NCBI GenBank assembly: GCA_965262985.1
Contig: OZ253576.1
Location: forward strand, 1,031,806 to 1,095,805
From: Vicinamibacterales bacterium
Lineage (GTDB): Bacteria; Acidobacteriota; Vicinamibacteria; Vicinamibacterales; UBA8438
Direction: 5' to 3'
DNA: 64,000 bases
The notes under the pieces: model-generated
What the model was told of the DNA's origin: nothing
The model's input: the letters and a program-made list of their open reading frames with translations, nothing else
Database searches by the model: none
Part shown: positions 48,958 through 56,961 of the stretch, one piece after another
Numbering within the stretch: the stretch's first letter is position 1
Layout: each line of letters starts with the position of its first letter
Program-made: the position numbers and the translations under genes

Positions 48958-50544
48958 ATGTCAGTGTCCCGAAGCGGCTGGTTCATCCTGCTGGCGGCCT
49001 GCGTCCTGCTGGCGGGTAGCGCCCTGCCCGACGCCGCGGCGGCAGAAGATGCGCCGCTGATCGCGGCCGTCAAGGCAGAGGACGCCGGCGCGGTCAGCGC
49101 GCTGCTGGACGGCGGCGCCGACGTGAACGCAACGCAACCGGATGGGGCGACGGCGCTGCACTGGGCGGCGTTTCGGGATCACCACGAGATTGCGAGTCGG
49201 CTGATCGCGGCCGGTGCGGATGTCAACGCCGCCAACGAGTTGGGGGCGACGGCGCTGTGGCTGGCCGCGGACAACGGCAGCGCGACGATGGTGGAGCGCC
49301 TGCTTGCCGCCGGCGCCCGTCCCGACAGGGCGCTGCCGGAAGGAGAGACACCCGTCATGACGGCGTCCCGCACGGGGAACGCCGATGCGGTGACCCTGCT
49401 GGTCGCGGCCGGCGCCGACGTCAACGTGGCGGAGGACACCCGCGGGCAGACCGCCCTCATGTGGGCCGTGGCCCAGGGGCATCATGCGGTCGTGGCGGCG
49501 CTGATCGAGCACGGCGCCGATGTCGCCGCGAGGTCCAGGCTGCGGTCGCGCCTGATGCATGCCGACGCCACGAACGCGTCGCAGTACGACCAGGGCGTCA
49601 CGTGGCACCGGGGCGGCTTCACCCCGCTGCTCTTCGCGGCGCGGCACGGCGACATCGAGTCGGCGCGGCTGCTGCTGGCGGCCGGCGCCGATGTGGACGA
49701 CCCCGCTCCGACCGGCGCGACTCCGCTCGTGCTGGCCGCACACAGCGGCCATGGCGAGTTCGGCGCCTTTCTGCTTGACGCCGGGGCTGACCCCAACGCC
49801 ATCGGCGCGGGCTACAACGCGCTGCACGCCGCCACGCTGCGCGGGGACGAGCGGCTGGTCGAAGCGTTGCTGAGACATGGCGCCGACCCGGACGCGCGTC
49901 TCGAGTCCGGCACGCCGCTGCGGCGCACGAGCCAGGACTGGGCCTTGAATCCGTCGCTGGTGAGCGCGACGCCCTACTGGCTGGCCGCCTATTTTCGCGA
50001 GCCGAACATCATGCGCGACCTGGTGGCGGCCGGCGCCGACCCGCGCTTGACGACGCTCGAACGGTGGCGGCCGGTCGCCGAGCGTGCCGGCGGCGTCGGG
50101 CCGCCGCACCCCGCCAACGGGTTCATTCCGGCGCTGGTCGCGGCCCTGCGCGGTCCCGCCGACAGGGGGCGTTTCTTCAACACCGCGGCGCGCGACCCCG
50201 ACGGTGAGGAGCGCAAGGCCCTGGAGACGGTGCGCGTCGCTGTCGAGCACGGCGCCGACGTCAACGGCACCGCCGAGGATGGCGGCGCGGCGATACATAC
50301 GGCCGCCCAGCGCAACTTTGCGAGCGTCGTGAGCCTGCTGGCCGAGCACGGCGCCGACATCGATCTGAAGAACGGCTCTGGACGGTCTCCGCTGCAGATC
50401 GCTGCCGGGGCGGAAGCGGGGCGGGCCCGCAGTGCTGCAGCGGCAGAGCGCGCCCCCGCCGGCAACTCCGCCGAGGTGCTGCGTGAACTCGGCGCGATCG
50501 AAGAGACGGACGAGACAGCGGACGAGGCCGACGCGGCCCGCTGA
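48958..50544 (+). CDS. Secreted ankyrin-repeat protein
   Basis: Signal peptide and many G.T(A/P)L..AA..G....LL..GADVN repeats. AAGGAG RBS. Confidence 0.92.
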   Translation: MSVSRSGWFILLAACVLLAGSALPDAAAAEDAPLIAAVKAEDAGAVSALLDGGADVNATQPDGATALHWAAFRDHHEIASRLIAAGADVNAANELGATALWLAADNGSATMVERLLAAGARPDRALPEGETPVMTASRTGNADAVTLLVAAGADVNVAEDTRGQTALMWAVAQGHHAVVAALIEHGADVAARSRLRSRLMHADATNASQYDQGVTWHRGGFTPLLFAARHGDIESARLLLAAGADVDDPAPTGATPLVLAAHSGHGEFGAFLLDAGADPNAIGAGYNALHAATLRGDERLVEALLRHGADPDARLESGTPLRRTSQDWALNPSLVSATPYWLAAYFREPNIMRDLVAAGADPRLTTLERWRPVAERAGGVGPPHPANGFIPALVAALRGPADRGRFFNTAARDPDGEERKALETVRVAVEHGADVNGTAEDGGAAIHTAAQRNFASVVSLLAEHGADIDLKNGSGRSPLQIAAGAEAGRARSAAAAERAPAGNSAEVLRELGAIEETDETADEADAAR

Positions 50545-50606
50545 GACCGGCGGCCGGCAGACCGCGCGCGACACTACCGCCGCGTCCGGTTCACCACCTC
50601 CATGTG

Positions 50607-51956
50607 ATGCGAACAGCGGCCATCGGCACCATCGTGGCGGCCTCGCTGCTGATACCGGCGGCAGCCGTGGCGCAGCCGGGGCAATGGGCCCGCTTCCGGG
50701 GTCCGGATGCCGGCGCCGCAGCGGACGATCCGCGCCTGCCGGAAACCTGGAGCGAGACCGAAAATGTCGTGTGGGCCGCCGATATCCCCGGCCTGGGTTG
50801 GAGTTCGCCGGTCGTCTGGGACGATCACGTCTTTCTGACGACCGCGGTCAGTGCGGGCACAGAGCGGGCTCCGGTGCGCGGGCTCTACGACCCGGGGTCC
50901 ACCAGCGGCGCCACCCGTTCGACCGCACCGCATCGCTGGTTCGTCTACGACCTGGACTTCGATACCGGCGCCGTGCGCTGGGTGCGCGAGCTGCAGTCCG
51001 CGGTCCCGCAGATTGAGCGGCACCTGAAGAACAGCTTCGCGTCAGAGACTCCGGTCACCGACGGAGAACGGCTCTACGTCTATTTCGGGACGATCGGCCT
51101 GGTGGCGGCGCTGGACCTGGACGGCGAGGTGCTCTGGCGGCGCGAGCTCGGGGTGTTCAACGGCCGCCAGCGATTCGGCACCGCGGCCTCGCCGGCGCTG
51201 CATGACGGCCGGTTGTATGTCGTCAACGACAACACCACGCAGTCGTTTCTTGTGGCGCTCGATTCCGCGACCGGGGCAGAGGTGTGGCGCGTTGAGCGGG
51301 ACGAAGTCGAGAACTGGGCCACGCCGTTCGTCTGGGAGAACGATCTGCGCACGGAGATCGTCACCGCCGGGTTGCGGCGGGTGCGGTCGTATGACCTCGA
51401 TGGCCGGCTGCTGTGGGAGCTGGGCGGGATGACGGTGAACGTGGTGCCGACACCGTTCGCCAGGGACGGGCTGGTGTATATCAGCTCCGGGTACCCCGGC
51501 GGCCTGCCCAGACCGGTCTACGCGATCCGGCCGGGCGCGTCGGGCGACATTTCACTGAGAGAGGGCGAGAACGCCAACGATTTCATCGTCTGGTATCAGC
51601 CGATGCTGGGCACATACAACACGTCGGCGCTGGTCTACGACGGGCACTACTACACGCTGCTCGACCGCGGCTTCCTGCTGAACCATGACGCCCGCACGGG
51701 ACGCGAGATCTACGGCCGGACACGCATCAAGCCGGGCTCGGGGTTCACGGCCTCTCCGTGGGCCTACAACGACCGCATCTTCCTGCTGGGCGAGGATGGC
51801 GACACCTTCGTCGTGCGCGCCGGGCCCGAGTTCGAGCTGCTCGGCACGAACTCGCTCAACGAGATGGCGCTGGCGACGCCGGCGGTCGTGCGCGGGAGTC
51901 TGATCCTGCGCACGCAGTCGAAGCTGTATCGCATCAGCAACGACCCCGGCTTGTAA
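50607..51956 (+). CDS. PQQ-binding-like beta-propeller protein
   Basis: Signal peptide, WARFRGP, WSETENVVW, GWSSPVVW, ASETPVTDG, ATPA...LRT. Confidence 0.88.
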   Translation: MRTAAIGTIVAASLLIPAAAVAQPGQWARFRGPDAGAAADDPRLPETWSETENVVWAADIPGLGWSSPVVWDDHVFLTTAVSAGTERAPVRGLYDPGSTSGATRSTAPHRWFVYDLDFDTGAVRWVRELQSAVPQIERHLKNSFASETPVTDGERLYVYFGTIGLVAALDLDGEVLWRRELGVFNGRQRFGTAASPALHDGRLYVVNDNTTQSFLVALDSATGAEVWRVERDEVENWATPFVWENDLRTEIVTAGLRRVRSYDLDGRLLWELGGMTVNVVPTPFARDGLVYISSGYPGGLPRPVYAIRPGASGDISLREGENANDFIVWYQPMLGTYNTSALVYDGHYYTLLDRGFLLNHDARTGREIYGRTRIKPGSGFTASPWAYNDRIFLLGEDGDTFVVRAGPEFELLGTNSLNEMALATPAVVRGSLILRTQSKLYRISNDPGL

Positions 51957-51976
51957 TCGGCGGTCGTCCCTCAACG

Positions 51977-52101
51977 CTGGCAGCCCGTGAAGAAACCGCG
52001 CGTTGCACCGAGATCGGCGATGTGCACGGTGAGCAAGGCGAGAAGAGTAGGGGCAACCCTTGTGGTTGCCCTGTTCGTCTGCCGGAACAACGCACATCAG
52101 C
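51977..52101. mobile_element. MITE-like modular repeat, copy G (left terminus plus REP)
   Basis: ctggcagcccgtgaagaaaccgcgcgttgcaccgagatc start. REP at 52047-52071. Confidence 0.85.
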
Positions 52102-52392
52102 ATGAAGATCCGCCGGATGTCGTGCCGCACGGCGACGATCAACGAGATCCGCCCGCTCGCGACCAGGCGGCCCATCTTCACCCACCTCGCGCTGCGCGCC
52201 GCGTCGATCGCGGCCCACGCGCTGGACCACACGCCCACGATGCGCGCGGTCCTGTGCGCCGACGGCTCTCCGCTGCCGCCTCAGGCCGCGGCCCGCCTCG
52301 TCGGGAGCGCCGCCGCCTGGACCCGTAACGTCATCCTGGCCCGAGCGCGTGAGAACGCCGCGGGAAAATCCGCGGACAGCGGTTCGAGATAG
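52102..52392 (+). pseudogene. Probable gene remnant (unknown family) abutting repeat G
   Basis: Strong GC3 frame (TINEIRPLATRRPIFTHLALRAASI...) beginning at the repeat edge. Confidence 0.35.
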
Positions 52393-52486
52393 GAGCGGGC
52401 GCCGGCGCGCGCCGCCGGGGCTCGATCGGTCGGCGACTTGTGGACAGACCCTTGTCTTGATGTGACTGGTCATGTAGTCTGGTCAC

Positions 52487-52726
52487 ATGGAAACGATCAA
52501 CGCTTCGGACTTCAAGGCGCGGTGTCTGGCGATTCTCGACCGCGTGCAGGCCACGGGTGAACGCGTTCTCATCCTGAAGCGGGGTCGGCCCGTTGCGGAG
52601 TTGTCGCCCGCAACACGAACCGGGGCCGAATACCCCCAGATGGAGCTCAAGGGGACGGTCACCGTGGTCGGCGACATCGTCGGACCGGTGGTTCCGGAAG
52701 ACGACTGGGAGAGCCTGCGCCGATGA
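52487..52726 (+). CDS. Phd/YefM-family antitoxin
   Basis: INASDFKARCLAILDRV..TGE.V.I.KRGRPVA. TTGTCT-N17-TAGTCT promoter directly upstream. Confidence 0.92.
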   Translation: METINASDFKARCLAILDRVQATGERVLILKRGRPVAELSPATRTGAEYPQMELKGTVTVVGDIVGPVVPEDDWESLRR

Positions 52727-53121
52727 AGGCGTTGCTCGACACGCATGTGCTGGTGTGGTGGATCGATGCCCTCCATCGGCTTTCGACCGCGCAGCGCGAG
52801 GTCGTGGCCTCGGCCGACGCCGAGTCACCCTTGCTGGTGTCCGACATCTCGCTCTGGGAGGTGGCGATGTTGCAGAGCCTGGGACGGATCCGCCTGGGGA
52901 TTCCGCTGCGAGACTGGCTCGACAAGGCGGTCGCGCCGCCGCTCGTGCGGCGCTGCGGCATCTCTCCGGCGATTGCGGCGGAAGTCGCCGGATTCCCCGA
53001 TTCGTTCCAGCGCGATCCGGCGGACCGAATCCTGGTCGCTACCTCCCGGGTGCTCGGCGCGACGCTGCTGACACGGGATCGGCGAATCGTCGACGCGGCG
53101 CTGACGGAGACGTTGAGTTGA
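52723..53121 (+). CDS. vapC: VapC PIN-domain toxin
   Basis: LLDTHVLVW, SDISLWE, DPADRILVAT, LLTRD. ATGA coupling. Confidence 0.92.
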   Translation: MKALLDTHVLVWWIDALHRLSTAQREVVASADAESPLLVSDISLWEVAMLQSLGRIRLGIPLRDWLDKAVAPPLVRRCGISPAIAAEVAGFPDSFQRDPADRILVATSRVLGATLLTRDRRIVDAALTETLS

Positions 53122-53285
53122 ACGCATGCTGTAGCCGCCGTGTGCCCGCGGTCGGCGAAGGTGCGATTCGACGTGACGCAACCCGACGATAGACGATATG
53201 TGAACCCCCTCGACGCGACCCCTGAGCCCCAGGACAGGCGGATCGGCCGGCATCATCGAGATGCTGGCGGACTTTGAGCGCGGGC

Positions 53286-53868
53286 GTGATCTTCGTGGAC
53301 TCCAATGCCCCGATGTATCTAGTCGGGATCCTCTCCGGAACCGGGATCTCATCGAAGCGTTCCCTGGCAGCCCGTGGTAAAAGCCCTGCTGCATTCAATC
53401 GGCGCAGAATTCTGCGCTTACCCGTGGAATTCTGCGGCTTCACGCTGCATCCCGCTGATCTGCGTTGCTCCGGCTGACGAACAGGGCAACCACAAGGGTT
53501 GCCCCTACAGGTATTTTCCCTCTTCTCGCCTTGCTCAGCGGGCGCATCGCCGATCTCGGTGCAACGCAGGGTTCTACCACGGGCCTGGACGTCATGCCTG
53601 TGCGGACCAGGATACGAATGCGGAGGATTATCAGGAGATCATTCATCGCTACGTCTCGATCGAGAGCGGCGACGCGAACGTCGATGCGTTTCGGTTGCTG
53701 GACGACCTGGTGGTCTCCGAGTTTCCGATCACCCGCGACGATGTCGATACGACACGGCGAATCTCCGCTGAGCAGCATGCGCTGTCGGCGCGTGATTGGC
53801 TGCACCTGGCCGTTATGGAGCGGCGAGGCGTGGATGTCACGCTTCGTACGACCGGGAATTCGCATTGA
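53286..53868 (+). pseudogene. VapC-like PIN toxin interrupted by repeat H
   Basis: MIFVDSNAPMYLVG before the repeat, QEIIHRY...LSARD.LHLAVMERRG after it. Antitoxin-like EMLADFERG scrap upstream. Confidence 0.75.
53364..53588. mobile_element. MITE-like modular repeat, full copy H (inverted relative to D)
   Basis: ctggcagcccgtggtaaaagcc ... gggttctaccacgggc termini. REP on the minus strand at 53484-53508. Confidence 0.85.
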
Positions 53869-54122
53869 GGCCCGGGATCGACTGGTTCGGCTCTCGTGTG
53901 AACGGTACGCCTGCACCCGGCAGCGATGTCGATCTCTGCGTCGTGCTCGCCGATTCCGACAAGCCGTTCCGGGAACGCATCGGCGAGTATCTGCCGTTCG
54001 GCTTTCCCGTGGGTCTGGATCTGTTTCCCTACACCGTGGCGGAGCTTGAACGGATCCGCACCGAGCACCCGTCGTGGTACCGGGCAATCACCGCCGGCAT
54101 TGACCTCATCCCGGCGCGCTGA
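53869..54122 (+). pseudogene. Minimal nucleotidyltransferase (MNT), 5' truncated
   Basis: WFGSR..G....GSDVDL, DLFPYT..E. No start, no HEPN partner. Confidence 0.7.
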
Positions 54123-54403
54123 CGCCTGCCCCGGCTCGTGATCGACCGGCGGCAGGGCGGCGTTCGACGCGGGACTTGGGGGAGGTCCGGGCGGCCATCG
54201 AGCGGCAGGGCCATTGTCGGAGACGCCTCAGACGGATCCTCGGCAGCTCCTCATTGGAACCCTCGACGCGACCCCTGAGCCTCCGGGCAGGCGAAGTTCC
54301 CCGCGTCGCCGAGGGAAATCGCAATCGTTCGCCGCATCGGTCCACAATGTGGCACACTGAAGCGCCTCGTGCGAGTCTCCCCCGAAACGATCGAGCGGTC
54401 CCG

Positions 54404-55762
54404 ATGAAGTCGACACTACAGCAACGCGCCGAAGCAGCCGCGGAGCGGTTCAGGGTGGCCAGGAAACCGGTAGTGGTCGAGTTCGCCGGTGTCCCGAAGG
54501 CCGGCAAGAGCACCACGCTCGGCCAGGTGCATGCGTTTCTCAAGCGGTGCGGGTTCCGCGTCGAGGTCGTTGTGGAACACGCATCGATCTGTCCGATTCG
54601 GGACAAGAAGCACGCCAATTTTAACGTCTGGACTGCCTGTACGACCTTGTCTCAGCTTCTGGAGAAAACGCAGATTCCGTCACGAACCGGCGATCCGGAC
54701 GTTCTGCTTCTCGATCGGGGCCTGTTCGACGCAGTGAACTGGTTCACGGTCATGGAACGTCTCGCCAGAATCCGCGGGGCTGAGCGTGAGTTGATCGAAA
54801 GATTCCTCTTGATGGACGAGTGGCGCAAGCGAATCACTGGGGTGATCGTGATGACCGCGTCGCCCGCCGATTCGATGAAACGCGAGCGGGGTTATCTTCC
54901 GGTCGACGGTGCATCCGGTTCTATCATGAACGACGACGTTCTGCGCACGATGCTCGAATCGACTCGAGCTACCGCCGCACGCCTGGGTAAGAAGCACTTT
55001 CGGATGTTCGAGGTCGACACGTCCGTGGGTGTTTCTGGCGGTCCCGAGGCGACCGCTGAGCAAGTCGCCGATCTCGTCCTCCGTCTGATCGAGGAGCAAC
55101 TCGAAGAGGAGATACTGTTTCTTCCCGCGGACACGGTGGCGCCGCTCTTCGACAAGACGACATGGATCGGCGGGACAGCGGCGCAGGAACTGGTCGATCT
55201 GTTCACCCGCAAGGGCACGTTCAGGAGCCGCGAGAGCGTAGAATCCGACTTGGCGCAGGTGCAGGCCCTGCCGGTCGTGGTAGTGCGCAATCGGAGCGGA
55301 GACCTTCTGAGACTGAAGCGTAGAGAGCAGCACAGGGACAGTCCGCTCCACGGCAAGATCGTAATCTGGGCTGGCGGTCACGTCAGACGGGAGGATGGCG
55401 CCAATGGTCTATCCATCGGGCAGGGCGCGGTCCGCGAGCTTCAGGAAGAACTCCGTATCAGCGTCGAGCCCTCGGATCTGAAGTTGCTCGGTGCTGTCTG
55501 GGTCCGCGGTCGAGATGGCGGCAGGACGCGGTGCCACGTGGCAATCGTCTACGAGTGGCGCGCGCGAACGGACGATGTCGCCGTCGCTCTGAGCGCAACG
55601 GAATTCTTCGAGCGCCGGGGAACGTCACTGAGCGGCAGCTTCGTCGCGCCACATCAGCTTGCGGCCGATATCGACAACGGTCGGATCTGCGAGCCCTGGA
55701 GCGTCGAAATCGTCCGGCACCTGTTGCCCGAGGGCAAGCTGTTGGAACCGCGGCTGGTCTAG
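54404..55762 (+). CDS. P-loop nucleotide-kinase-like domain fused to a Nudix hydrolase
   Basis: VVEFAGVPKAGKST Walker A, LLLDRG (thymidylate-kinase-like). C-terminal GGHV...AVRELQEEL Nudix box. Confidence 0.82.
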   Translation: MKSTLQQRAEAAAERFRVARKPVVVEFAGVPKAGKSTTLGQVHAFLKRCGFRVEVVVEHASICPIRDKKHANFNVWTACTTLSQLLEKTQIPSRTGDPDVLLLDRGLFDAVNWFTVMERLARIRGAERELIERFLLMDEWRKRITGVIVMTASPADSMKRERGYLPVDGASGSIMNDDVLRTMLESTRATAARLGKKHFRMFEVDTSVGVSGGPEATAEQVADLVLRLIEEQLEEEILFLPADTVAPLFDKTTWIGGTAAQELVDLFTRKGTFRSRESVESDLAQVQALPVVVVRNRSGDLLRLKRREQHRDSPLHGKIVIWAGGHVRREDGANGLSIGQGAVRELQEELRISVEPSDLKLLGAVWVRGRDGGRTRCHVAIVYEWRARTDDVAVALSATEFFERRGTSLSGSFVAPHQLAADIDNGRICEPWSVEIVRHLLPEGKLLEPRLV

Positions 55763-56205
55763 ACTCCTTGAACGAGCGTGATCTTTACAGGTCTTTGTTT
55801 ACCGGGGTGATTCGACGACCGCGGGCGGAGGTGCCGAGTTCTTCCTCAACAGCCACGGGGAGGCAGATTGACAGCGGCGCTGTTCTACTGACCGCGAACG
55901 AGGACACCCCCGGCCCGTTCGGACGGCGCCAGAGCTCGACCGGCGGGGTCGACACCAAGTCAGTGGCAATCCGTACCCCCGCAACGACACCGTTGCGATC
56001 CGGGCCGCGAAGCCCGGCCACAGAGCGTTGCGCTTTGCGTTTCGCACAGGTTTCGCGGTGCGGTCATGCTTCGGCGGGGGTCCGTCACCGACATCGGCCA
56101 GCAATGTCAACGATCGCGAGATAGTGACAAATTCTCGACACTCGTCGGTGCGCTCGGCTCGGGCACCGGTCTTTTCGTGTGGATCTTGAGGAAGATGAAG
56201 ATGAT

Positions 56206-56299
56206 GGCGGTGGGCGCTGTGGGAAACCGCGCCCACGCGGTTTTCCAAGCTCCGGTGGGCGCGCTCTGTGCGTCCATGGGAGCGGCGGCGTCCACGGCC
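56206..56299 (+). ncRNA. Putative structured RNA/ssDNA motif (three-way junction) in the IS left end
   Basis: Three stems with six G-T/G-U wobbles, all compatible with the plus strand only. Confidence 0.45.
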
Positions 56300-56487
56300 C
56301 CGGCGCTGGCGGTGGGCACGGCGTTCGGGTAGCGTAGGGAGCGGACTCAGACGTGGGGTGAGGGCCCGGTTTGCCCACCGGACCCTCGTGACCGCCCCGA
56401 GCTCCGACAGACCGAGCCGGTCCCTGCTGTTGTGCCACGGTTCAGGCTCGTTGTCCAGTCGGAGATCGCCCTGCGCGCTCCGACGCC

Positions 56488-56961
56488 GTGGACCAGCCCC
56501 TCCGCCAGAGAACCTGTCGCCAGTGCAGCCGTCTTTTCGCCGTCTGCGCGGCGTGTGACCGCGGCCATGCCTACTGCACGTCGCCGTGCCGGACGGCCGG
56601 TCGTCGCCGGTGCGTTCGAGCCGCCAACGCTCGTCATCAGCGCAGTCTGGAAGGACGTCTCGACCACCGCGACCGGCAGCGCGCCTACCGCGCCCGGCGG
56701 CGCGTGACGGATCACACTTCCCCCGCACCCCCGCCATCGGACAGACTCCCCGTCCCTGACGCCGCCCCGGTTCCGGCGGCCACGCGATGCGTGGTCTGCG
56801 GCCGATCGAGCCGGTGGCTGACCCCGATGCGGGAGCCTCGCGTCGTGCGGGGAAGGAGGAACGATGATCACGCCCGCGCAGCGCGCCGAGATCCGGCGCC
56901 TGTACTACAGCGAGCACTGGAAGCTCGGGACCATCGCCGCTCAACTCGGCCTCCACCGTGA
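56488..56961 (+). CDS. Cys-rich accessory protein upstream of istA
   Basis: CRQC..FAVCAACDRGHAYCTSPC, Arg-rich helix, distal CVVC. GGAG upstream. Confidence 0.65.
   Translation: MDQPLRQRTCRQCSRLFAVCAACDRGHAYCTSPCRTAGRRRCVRAANARHQRSLEGRLDHRDRQRAYRARRRVTDHTSPAPPPSDRLPVPDAAPVPAATRCVVCGRSSRWLTPMREPRVVRGRRNDDHARAARRDPAPVLQRALEARDHRRSTRPPP

Larger units (their letters stand above)
53207..54281. repeat. 22-bp perfect direct repeat pair (53207-53228 and 54260-54281)
   Basis: ccctcgacgcgacccctgagcc at both positions. Confidence 0.8.

Noticed and set aside
55763-56099. Non-coding stretch with small hairpins before the IS21
   Set aside because: Hairpins are short and expected at this GC. No tRNA or riboswitch consensus recognised.
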